Source of the DNA: Bugula neritina
Taxonomy: Eukaryota > Animalia > Bryozoa
NCBI GenBank assembly: GCA_964035545.1
Contig: CAXIUT010000125.1
Coordinates: 1-20,719 of the forward strand
Reading direction: 5' to 3'
Length of the DNA: 20,719 bases
Shown: in pieces, positions 9,356-20,566 of the stretch
Layout: each line of letters opens with the position of its first letter
Position numbering within the stretch: the first letter of the stretch is position 1
Program-made: the position numbers and the translations under genes
The notes under the pieces: model-generated
Database searches by the model: none
Told to the model about the DNA's origin: nothing
The model's input: only the letters and a program-made list of their open reading frames with translations

Positions 9356-11513
9356 TCATGTAAGAACTAACTAACTAAATACACTTGTCGAATCTGATAA
9401 CTTGTTAAGTTTAGAATAGCATACATCACTCACCAATTCTGTTATCTTTTTGCTCAAACGAGTAAAATACCTCTTGTTCTCATGAACTAGCAAATTGTTG
9501 ATATATCCGCATTGATATTTCAAGTACAGTTATGTGCTTGCTTTCATCCAGAATGTTCTACTTGTACTCTTTGAGATGTTCTGATAGATATTCTGAACTG
9601 TCTTGATTGTTCTATGTTGATTGTCGTTTTAGATATTGACTTGTTAGTTCTTTTTGGGTTGAGATTATGTTGTTGAGGAGGTTCATGTTCGGCTGCTAGA
9701 AACGGAAAAGAGGGAAGAATTTTGATTATAAATATCTATGTTCTGTTTGGTTAATAGCTCTACACTCTTTTGTGTACTTTAGCAAATCCTAGAGTGAAGT
9801 TTATATAGACGTTATTTCTGATACATGAACTCGATTGTTAAAATCTTCTATTTCTTTTTTAATTTAGACAATAGCTTGACTCCATTTGTGATAATTAGCT
9901 TATAGTCCTCGATATTGTTAATCAATTTATAGCAATATTTTATCTTGGCTATTCCAAAAATCATTGATTTTATGAATCAACTGAGGCATCATTTAATTAT
10001 ACTGCCTATTTTATTCTGATATTTCAACATTAACTTCGCCTTACAACAAACAAAGTTACTAAATAGATGATATCTTTGCTATCTTATCGTATTACTAGAA
10101 TTTTCTTTTCATTGATTTATGATCTTTAAGTGTTAAAAAATCTTATAGTATCCTTGAGTTTCTTAATTAAACATGACTTATTACATCTTATAAAAAAAAT
10201 TATAAATACTTCTTTTGCCTACATATGTACTATGGATTCGTCTCTTTCTACAGCCATCCTGCTTTCTACAAATAAGGCAATCGAATTCCAGGATAAACTG
10301 CTTACAAGTTTAATTTTAATTTTTAAAAATCTTAAAAATTTCTTTTACAAACTATATGAGTAGGCATAACTCTCAAATGATACATAGGATAATTAGAAGA
10401 AAAGAAACTTCTTTAGATAATTTAATGGTTCTATATAGTAATTTTCAGATCTTTTGAGGATAAGTTAGTTCTTTAAAATGATTTGAAACATGCAACTGAT
10501 TTCTTGAATGTTCTTTTAATGAGTTTTTATCCTAAATATGGTAGTTTATTTCTATTAGATTAAATATTTGTCACTGATTTCAACTTAACTTGACTTCTTT
10601 TGTTGGTATTATCATCTTTATAATTTGATTTTTATATCTTTTTATCCTCCTATTAGTCAATTGGTATTTCAACTAAATTTTTTTATCTTGATATCACAGA
10701 TTAAACAGGAATATCTGCCAAGTTATGCTATCTCGACTGTCTTTTTTAACCTACTGATTAGTTTTTAACTTTAAGTTGTTTAGTTGAGTTGCTTTATAGT
10801 TTTTTTTGTTATAATTTAGCTTTTTAAGCTTAGATATTTAGTCCAGTTTTAAACATAGTATCAAAATTCTATCCTTGAATAGGTAAATTATTCGTCCCAT
10901 ACTTAACTTATTCTTTTTGTGGAAGAGGAGGACTAGTCTATGTCTAATTTTTCGATGGATTCAGCTATCCAACTGACGGCACTTCCCAAAACTTATTACT
11001 CTCAAAGAATGACTTATCATATTTATTTGTTTTGTATTCTTACTTATTGATGTTTTCTTTACTCTTCTTTTCTTTTTAGAAAATAGAGTCCAATAGATCC
11101 ATCGCACTTTGCTCTTTCTTTGTTTTGTTTGTTTGCGGGGAAGGTTGATGTGATTGATTTTGAGTTGTACTTTTTTGGATTTAAGGCGAAGGGTTGTATG
11201 ATATCGCTTGGCTGTTTTGGTTTTGTTACTTTTTTAGTTTTTATCTGAGTTATTTCAATTCTTTTTCATTGCCTGTTTGGTAAGATGCAAATGATTACTT
11301 TCTTTGTACCTTTTTGATTTTAGCTCTTTAGTTTTAGTTTGTCAAGAACTTTTAAACAATCTATCGAACATAGCCAAGAGACCAAGTTTAGATGCTGACA
11401 TTACCAATTACACTTTAGCAATATTCCATGAAATCTTAGTACTTTTCAGCTGGAATATGCTAACGGAGAAACTCCTGTTTCATTACGAGTTCTTTTTAGT
11501 TTCCATTGGACAT
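9356..11513 (-). CDS. PX-domain (sorting nexin-like, probable PX-BAR) protein; one unresolved frame switch near 9530-9560
   Basis: MSNGNEKELVMKQEFLREHIPAEKYEDFMEYC...IETWSLGYVREIVEKF (N-terminal motif of ciliate PX proteins). PX core EIIERSFFSSNYPMYHLRV...KRNFEDFEKLKLNLEAVYPGIRLPYL...RQKKYLEFFLEDVISHVELRNSRILEDFL, then SIEELCLLEGEVNVEI and a helical tail. The main frame stops at 9482-9480; the +1 frame continues to TGA 9358-9356. Confidence 0.82.
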
Positions 11514-11857
11514 GAATCAATTTATATTAGAAATAGATATAAGTCTTAGTTTTAAGTAAAAATATAAACTATTGTAGGTTAAGACTTTTACAATAATTAT
11601 TTATTGATATATAGGTATAAATATATTTATTTATGATGAACTAGACAAATGAAAAACGACTAAACCGATATTATTAGTTAAACAATCAGAAATCGTTTAT
11701 AGAATATTAAAAATCTATAATATTAAAATCATCAATAATATCAACTTATAGCAACAATATCTCATTATTATATCTATTTAAATTAATTTTATTCGTTTTC
11801 CATCAAATACAATATATTAATAACTATAAAGTAATATATGAATAAGTGTCAAATCAA

Positions 11858-14800
11858 TCAATTATCACAATTCTTATTATCCAAAATATTGACTAACTTC
11901 CCCAAATGCTCTTCTCTGATAAACCCATCTCCACACCCCATCTTCCGACCCAACTCCTTGACCTTCCCGATATGATCTTTGATTCTCTTGCCGAATATAT
12001 CACTTTGAGTAGTCACCAAACTATTATACTTATTAAAATATATCTTCTGCTTCAAATAATGAGAAACCGCCAACTCAGAAACCAAATACGTCAGCAAATA
12101 ATGATCCGATAGCAACTCGTCTTCTGTCCTAGGCAAATCGATAATAGTAGTTATAAATCCATTTTATGCAAAAGTATGAGGAGCCTCATAACACTGATTA
12201 ATAAAACTAACAATCTGCTTTGTCCTCTTAATTCCCAACCAATAACTACAACGAGTAATCGAATAATTAAAAATAACTATTAGATTTTTATTGAACGAAT
12301 CCCAAAAAGAAGTCAAATACCTACTAGACCCATATACAGTATTATTGAAATATTTTTGAATATACTGCGATGTCTTGAACAACTTCTACATAGCCAAACA
12401 GTAATAATTCAAACAGTAAAGCACCTTCATTCTCATCTAGAAAACAAACAAACTATCAAGATTGTCAGCTCTATACTAATCTACTTACTAATCATCAAGT
12501 ATCGTTGATATTTTCAATGAATTCAAAACCATCTCATTTTTACTTATCGCCTGATATCTGTGCTGGCCTTGAGCTATACTCACAAAATATTTAATCAACT
12601 GGTGGGACATAATATAAGTAACCTCTTCGATGTTTGTCTGGTTGAAATGAATCCATAGGGGATGTGATAATAAACTTATTATGAATTATAAAGTCGCCTA
12701 TAATTCCTATATGTAAGCTTTTGTTATTTTTTATTAGTTACCTTGTAAGATTTTGATAAATTTATTTTTATACTGGTTGAAAAATGTGGCAGCCTAGTTA
12801 ACAGCCAAAGTCGAGTTGGAGTTGGTTAGTAGAGCTGTTGCTATTTTGAGTATCCATAGCCATGATAAAGATTACTATTTTCTAGTTTATTGCTAATATC
12901 TATTTTATATTTTAGGATCAATTGCTTGAGCTTTACTGATAAATTTTAACTTAGCCAACTAATCCGGACATATTCTAGCCAACTCCAGCACTAACCTCGA
13001 CTAATTCCAAAAATATTTACAATTCCCTTAACATCCCCAAATATCAACAATAATATTCATAACTTGTCCATCATTTAGTTCTGGAGGACTAATAATAAAG
13101 ATAGAAAACACCTGCTGAACCAACAAAGCCATCCCAACTTACTCCTAATAACGACTCTGTCTCATCTCATGATAATACTGATACAACAAATGATACAAAT
13201 GATGATGTATCTCATGTTTGACATGAATTGGCACATATTAGTTTATGCTCAAATATGATTGAAGCAATTTTAGTTGCTATTTTGATGGGATTTGCTTATG
13301 ATGAGGCAACATGATGTAGTAATGACGATTTAGCTAGATTATTAGTTCTGCTGTGGCAGGCTAGATGTTTTTGTGTTTGCTTCGGAGCCATTATAAAGAA
13401 TATCCTAATAATTTTATACCTTATAAATAATATTACTTCTATTTTATGTTCTAGTAATCGTTATTTTTCATTATGTTATGTAGCTGAGTGACCCTTCTGA
13501 TCATATTTTGCGATATAAATTGCACAGTCTATATCGCCTCTCCTTAACTACCCCCAAAGATCTCCAACCCAGAAAGAGTAGTCCTCCCCAGCGACAAATG
13601 ACAAAACAAAGGAACACTCGCCAATTCCAACCGATTGATATTGAACTAAATAGGATTATTCGAGTAGAAAGTTTTATTGATAGTTAATATAAGTTCCATA
13701 TAATTCGATAACTTGTTATTAAAAGTTGATGTCTGTTGAATAAACCACTAAATAATGTTGTTTTTCTGATATGTTTGAATATCTCGTTTTTTATTGATAT
13801 TTTTATTTTGACTCAAAAATAGCTATAAAGGGTCTCTTAGATATTGCTGCGGTCGATCTGATCGAGCATCGAATTAACCAGGTATCAATGATGTCGGCTT
13901 GGGTTCGAATGGTATATCATTTTGCATCAGAAATAGATTCCTCTAGGCAATCAACCTGTTCAACGCCTGCAAAGTTTTACTCAAACAAGATGAATAACGT
14001 CTTTTTATTGCCAGTTGATGTATAACGATATCGATTATGTTGCCAAGAGTTGATATTGTTTACGCCAATTCTATTATATTTTTTTATTAGATTATGCGCT
14101 ACATTTGATTGAAATTAAACAAACTATATTATTTCTAGTTGTATTATGTTAGTATTATACCCAATTCTTTTACATCTTTTATCACCCTACTATTCTCTAA
14201 AACACTATATCTCATCGTAAACTATTAAACCATATTCAATACTATCCTCTAGATATCCTGCTAGAATTTCTACCTTCCACTCCTGATCTCCTCCTTCATA
14301 TACTTAGACATCTAGTAGTTCAATCGATGATCTTTATGATTTCTATTACTTTTAATAAACTAAACAAACATCAAATCCGATAACCCCTGATTGAATTTAT
14401 TCACACCCAAACCATATTTCAACTAAGCAATGAAATTAAATATTTTATATTTTATACTCTGGAAATCTACATTAGTATTATAAAATTTTATTGATTCCAC
14501 TAACTGTCTAAAAAGATTGTCCTTTATCTATGTTTTCTATTTAGGCAATAATTCGAGAGAAGATGATTGCAACGAGTATTATAGACAACTTTATGGACAT
14601 AGTTTTAGAATGTGCAGGAGGTTGTCGAATGCCAAAGTAGTTATGTTGTCTTCATTTTAGTAGTATTTGCTAGTAGCACTTTTGACAAAGTTAGTAACTT
14701 GCTAAAAATCTATTCTTCCTTTGTGATTTTTAACATATTCCATCACAATTTCACTTCTATTTATTTCACCCTGCTCAGCCTACCAACCGATACTCTTCTG

Positions 14801-17800
14801 ACTATCATTGAACAACAACATCTCACTTTGCACGTTAGCCATCAACCCCAAAATCAAATTGCTCTGATCACTCATATTATTCAATATACTCTTGATCTAT
14901 ATCCTGTTCAGTATGTTAATATTCGTCAATGTTTTTACTATAAAATGCGATGGACAAGTCTGCTGATGCTGCAATAACAGAGCATTGAGTTGAAATATGG
15001 TCGATAATAGCTTCAAAGTTGAAAAGATGGTTTTGTAGTGAGTTATATTTTGATATGAGTGATAATATCTATTAGTTAGGGTCATTTTTCCTTTTTACCT
15101 GTATATTCTAAATTCCAATATCTTAATTATCTACTACCACACAGCATAACTATTAATAAAATTGGTTATCATCTCGAATATCTTAGGTATCTTTCGCTAT
15201 ACTTTACGATATCGACGAATACCAAAACTACCACTCGCATCATCGATTTATACCTATGAAGGAATTATATGCAATTTAGATAGTAATCTATTTATTACGT
15301 ATGCATCGAATTTTTGTTTACTTGCCACAATGAAGAGCTAGTTCACCCATTGGATTGGAAAAACATCGTTGTTTATTTACTTCCTCTCAGTCATTAACTT
15401 GTTATACTATGTGTTGTTGTATCTAAAAGGATAAAACATGTTCATTTTTATAGTCTATTACTCCTGATCGTTATCTCTGATAACCAAATCATACAGATAG
15501 TTGGAATCTATGACATGTTCGATGAGTTCATTGATGGTTAGCTGCAGTTCCTGTGGAAGTTATTTTTTTGATAAAAATGAGAAAGAAGGCTCAGTGATAT
15601 TAAGAGCAGTGATAACGATAGGCTATGTTTTTTTATTTTTTAAAAGAACTGTCAAAGTTGAAAACACATTGTTAAGAATAGTAATACTGAATCCTTTAAC
15701 TGCTACTATTTTGATGATATCAACAAGCGCATGCACCAATTTATGACCTTCTCTTCTATTACTTTAACCTCCCTAATTTTTAAGATGTTTATTAGGATTA
15801 TACTAAGGATAGAAGATATATTTCTCTAAATCAAAGAGTTTTTAAGGTTATATTTGTATAATCCTTGTCATAAATGATATTTTAGGATATAAATTTTTAG
15901 TTACATTGCTTTCATTCAACTCAACTGATGGCTTAATCAAATTTTAGTGGAATTTAGTGATATATTATATTATTTATTGGTACTAAAAGTTAAAATATAT
16001 CTTCTTGAAATAGAACTATTCGATTTATTTTATCGATTGCTAGTTGTAAAGGCAACTCTAGAGTAATTTGTAGTACAATTATACCAAATTTTATTATTTA
16101 AGTAACTAAAAAAATTTATATATTCCTTTCTTTATTGTTATTAATCGCTAGATCAACAATGATCCGCTTATTGTTGATAAACTGTTTACTAAGTATGATG
16201 GCTACTCCATCTGCAACTCAATATTGAACTTCTGGTTGCAACTGAGATATATATCAATCCAATCTATCCACTCATCTCCCTGTATAAAACGGTATAAATC
16301 TCTAGGATTTGGAGCAAATTACAACTTACCATCATGTATTTTAGAAAGAATGACTCGAATAGGCAAAAGAGCCATACTTTTAGTCTATCTAAAAGCCCTG
16401 AAAATAGGAGTATGGAACTTCTAATGTTGTTTGAAATTAAGACCATTCAGTAGAACTTTAAGATACAAACTAATTACACTTTAGTTAGTAATATTTTATA
16501 TTAATGCAATTGTTCCAATAGCCAACTTCTAAGGTTCATTGCTTAGCAATTTATAATTCTGTCCTATTTTTTTATTATAAAATTCTAACACTTAAACTAT
16601 CTTCTGAGAAACTAATCGGTTGAAATCATCAACTATAATTGTCATAGCGTTGGCTTATCTTTGGCTAGGTTGGGATATTTTAAGAAGATGGTTGAATAGA
16701 AAGATGAACAGATCGCTGGGAGGTCTGATAAATTAGTTATACTGATAGATGAAGTTGAGATAGTTTATTTTTTAAATATTCCATTTTTGGGTTATTTTTT
16801 AGAAGAAATGTTTCAGCTATTCACTATTCTAGTTGAGAATCAGTTTATCAGAATAGTCTTTCCAGTAAATATTATTGATAAAAAAGTATCGATGAGAAAG
16901 GTTATCTTATTAAAACAATTTTTACTAATATTTCTACTAAATAATAATTTTTTTAATATACTCCAAAAGAACAGGAAAATGTACTACTTCTATATTCTGA
17001 TACTTCAAAAACATATTAGTCAAATCCTGATAAAACTTCTATTTCTCTTTAGCATGCTAATTAACTTCTTTATGTTTGTATTATTAATTTCTAAAATTGA
17101 AATATATTTTTATAGAATTAACTATCTCCTCTTTCTTCTGATTGACATAAACATTAAAAGTCTTTGTTTTCTACTCCTATTTCAAAATACAATAATCTAT
17201 AAAATGTTTATCGACTATCGATCTCTGCTTTATCGATGTCAAAACTGATCTAGTTACCTATGATCTCTAGCGGTTTACTGAGACAGGTATTTCAGGTTAC
17301 TATCTACTTTTTGAAACAGGTATTTATCTTGTTATTTTTTGGGAAGTTTATTAGGTTTATTTTGGATTATGTTTTTATGTTGTTTTTGGTGTTGGAATCT
17401 GGTCTTATGTCTTTTGAGGGTAGTCAAATATTCGCTGTCTGCGATCAATGTTTGATTATGGAAATTATTTCATTGATTTAAGATTGATCTAAACATTTTT
17501 TTCTTCTGTTACCTTTGCTTTTAATAATTATCGAGGCGCTTTATTTTATAATTTTTGAATGCTTGGTAATTGTAAATTTTAAGAATGAACTTATTTTTTT
17601 TATGAAGGTTAGTTCTTACTACTTATATTTTAAGTTTGACTTTTTTATTTAGAAAATGAAAAATTGATATTAAAAGTTGGACTTGGTTGCTAATTTTTTT
17701 TACTATCTAATTTTACAGGAATCTACACTTTTGGTGGTTCTTTATGAGTCTTCTCTTCAGTTTTTTACTCTTAAGGTTTCTTTTTAGGAATATTTCCTGT

Positions 17801-18688
17801 CCCTAGATCTCCAAATAGTGCTTTTGATTTAGAACTTTGCCCTCCTGGCGAAATAGAAGGTCTACTACCAAAAAGAGGACTTTATCCTAATTTATCTGGA
17901 CTATTTTTGTCTAAAAATGATCCTAAGGGCTAGCTAGGTTTATTATTTCCAAAAATAGATTTTTATGGGTCTAAAGATAGAGGATTAGAAATATTGTTAG
18001 CTTTTACGTTTCCTAGTAAAGACTTTTCTGGTTCTGAAGATGAAGGTTTAGGAATGTTGCTTGATGTGAGATTTCCAAAGAGAGATTTTCCTGATTCTGA
18101 AAGAGATGGAGTTTTATTTTGATTTTTTTCTTATTCTGAAGGTGTTATTTTAGGAGGGGCGTTTAATGTGACATTCCCAAAGAGAGTTTTGTTTGTTTCT
18201 GAAGGAGTTTGATTGGGATTAAATAAGCTAGATGTGAGCCCTCCGAATAAAGATTTTCCTGGTTCTGTTGAAGGTTTAGAATTGTTGCTAGTAGCATCAT
18301 TTCCTAGAACAGATTTTTTAGGTTCTAAAGGAGACGGCTATGCTGGTTTAGGATTGCTATTGTTGGTTTAAGATGGTCCATTGCTTCCGAAGAAAGGTTT
18401 AGACGAAGGATTTGGATTTGTTCCAAATAAACCTACGCCAAGAGTTGTTGGATTGTTTCCAAATAAAGATTTTACTGATTCTGATGGCGCAGGAGTAGGA
18501 TTATTGGCTGTAGGTGGATTAGCAGCGATATTTCCGAATATTGTTTTTCCTGGCTCTGAAGTTGAGGAGCCTGCATTGGGTCCAAAGAGTGCTCCTCCTG
18601 ATGAGCTACCATCATTGTTTCCAAAGAGTGACTGCTTCTGATCTGTAGGTTTCGGGTTCGTATCTTTGTTTTTATCTTGACCGAACAT
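11858..18688 (-). CDS. NUP188: Large nucleoporin: N-terminal FG repeats fused to a Nup188/Nup205-type alpha-solenoid, 2276 aa, intronless
   Basis: One continuous 6831-nt frame with no TGA, read codon by codon; four ORFs of the supplied track are fragments of it. The N-terminal ~290 aa carry 13 FG motifs. The segment WLWILKIATALL...AVNEAATFFNQYKNKFIKIL...KAYIEELEATLEFIISLLSHPLWIHF (~12860-12645) resembles the Nup188 segment FLPEALDFVGVHQER...LACLEEADHTVGFILQL...WHF as I recall it. The ORF is secure; the Nup188 versus Nup205 assignment is less so. Confidence 0.8.
17810..18688 (-). repeat. FG-repeat coding region (degenerate (S/T)EPGKSLFGN units)
   Basis: MFG, SLFG x4, ALFG x2, TIFG, GLFG, FFG, TLFG, SIFG and PLFG, plus degenerate VLG/LLG/LFN, in N/P/S/T-rich spacers. 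Confidence 0.85.
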
Positions 18689-18866
18689 GAGTCAATTCTC
18701 AATTAAAAAATATGATTCAAACTATCCCACCCATTTCTAAATAAAAATCAATATAAAAATAACCCATAATTTAATCTATATTTTCCCTCCCAATCAATGA
18801 TATATTATTTTTATCAACCAAATATTCCTTCCATGATATTTTTAATATAAATAAATATTAATTCAG

Positions 18867-19448
18867 ATGTTTGTTCGACTAAAATAAAAACCTTTCTACT
18901 TCCTCACCGATAGAGATACCAAATATACATATCTCGTTGACAAAACAACATCATAATAACGACATCTATACTACCCTCAGCAATTCTAAACTATGTCTTC
19001 TGGACAAATCAGAGCATACAAGTGGAAGTTAGTAGGTCAACTCATGCGATGGTCTATCTTCAATGGAAACAAAATGACTGTAACTGATAAGAAAATATGT
19101 ACTAGTAAGTTAGTTGATTGCGGAATGACTGTGTTAGCAGGAATGTTGATGGGTAGTTTTTTGAGGAAAACATTTTTTAGAATAAATCTGCCTTTTTTCT
19201 AAATGATTTTAGAAAGAAGTCTATTCAAACCCAGATGGGTCAAATCAGTCTTTGCATATAGTATCGCATCAGTAGTAACTTACAAGTCTTTAAGTGGAAT
19301 ATTGAAGGAATAGTACTTAGTAGATTTGGCTCTTTAGTATCGCTATAATTTTAATAAGTAGTTGACCTGCAAAGAGTGTGATTAAGTATTGAACGGATTA
19401 TGTCAAAAAAGGTTTGAAGGAGGGGAAAAGGTGAAGATGTAAAGTTGA
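18867..19448 (+). CDS. Hypothetical protein, 193 aa, two moderately hydrophobic segments (possible membrane protein)
   Basis: Open frame MFVRLKEKPFYFLTDRDTKY...CGMTVLAGMLMGSFLRK...WVKSVFAYSIASVVTYK...KEEYLVDLALEYRY...KVKMES-TGA; includes track ORF 18993..19202. Confidence 0.75.
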
Positions 19449-19705
19449 TATTCTGTATTCAATGGTGTTTTATTAATAGATTAATTATTATTCTAATGAA
19501 ATGATGATGCAGTAATATAGTTTATGAAAGATTTAATAAAAGGTAAATAAAACCAGCAACGACGACTAAAATTAATAAATATGAATGAATTTTGATAGAT
19601 TTAAGTCTGAGAAGTATGATTGTTCTAGTAAATAAGAAAAAACAGTATTATTATTGCGATTATAAAAATTATTTTACATAATAGATTAGTCAAATTATTT
19701 AGCAG

Positions 19706-20476
19706 ATGAGTAAAGAATTACAGAACAATATGAATAATTCAGAATCAACATTTAACAAAGGAATGACTCTTGAAGAGTACATGTCAAAAATGAATGTTGA
19801 AGGAACTGTTTAATAGACCAATTTTGAAGAATAAAAAGAATAAAACTTATATGAAATAAGTCTACCGAGAAAAAGTCTCCAAAAAGAACCCAAAGCCATC
19901 AATTATTTCATTTAAGAAATAGATTAATAAAGCCAAAATTAATCTATCGATGGTGAAAGCCATAAATAAGATATCAAATAACAACTTACAAAAGAAACTT
20001 TTAGAATGGATAAAGATATACAACCAAATCGATTTGCTAAAGTTAAAAATTAAGATAGAATGAGAAATACAGCATATTTTAATAACCTCTCACAGTAAAA
20101 ACATAGCTTCAGAATTAAAAATGTTTCTAATAGTCCTGCCAGAAAAAAAACATAAAATTCAAATTTCAATGGAGCAATGACTCTCTATGGACATGGGTTT
20201 AAACCCATCAAAGAAAAATAATAAAAAAAAGCTTTAGAACTTATCACTTTCTATGGAAAAGTTCCTAAAGTAGAATAAACTAATATCAAAAAAGAAACCT
20301 ATAAAAATGGTGGTAAAAAACACATGAAAACTAAGGGAGCTCAACTTTAATTGAATTAATTGATATAGTTCTAAAATAGAATAAAAAATAACTTTTCTCA
20401 AAAAATATATATGAAAGATATCAGAGTAGAAGGACTAAAAGATAGACTCAATTAAAGAAAAAATAAATTTTGCTGA
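19706..20476 (+). CDS. Hypothetical low-complexity Glu/Lys/Asn-rich protein, >=256 aa
   Basis: Open frame MSKELQNNMNNSESTFNKGMTLEEYMSKMNVEGTVEETNFEEEKEENLYE...RLNERKNKFC-TGA. The true start may lie upstream (in-frame ATG at 19616, or an extra exon). Confidence 0.65.
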
Positions 20477-20566
20477 TATAGTGAACATTTATGATTTACT
20501 TATTCTTCCATATATCAAATATAAATCAGTTTTATTTATCATACTTATTAACATTATCGTATCTTG

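Noticed and set aside
13222-13236. HELAH (HExxH zinc-metalloprotease motif) on the + strand
   Set aside because: It is immediately preceded by TGA and lies antisense to the continuous nucleoporin ORF; coincidence.
16937-17280. Alternative nucleoporin model using another frame plus a 25-nt intron (GTATATT...ATTTAG)
   Set aside because: The alternative frame hits a TGA just upstream, while the unspliced frame is open and continuous with the FG region.
5239-18688. Standard ciliate code (TAR=Gln) or a split code (TAA=Lys, TAG=Glu)
   Set aside because: TAA occupies conserved Glu positions (Myb WTxEE, centrin LGxE and IDES, PX DFE) and interchanges with GAA in internal repeats; conserved Gln positions use CAA/CAG.
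17810-18688. Spaced TTTCCAAA/TTCCGAA-like DNA repeats as a CRISPR array or mobile-element repeat
   Set aside because: They are short, degenerate and codon-phased, and are fully explained by FG-repeat coding on the minus strand in a eukaryotic context.
813-19202. The supplied standard-code ORFs as independent small genes
   Set aside because: They are fragments of longer table-30 genes (11858..12136, 12164..12382, 14897..15085, 18368..18688, 18993..19202), or antisense/off-frame shadows of them (e.g. 14612..14977, 16787..17248, 18381..18641, 8968..9174).
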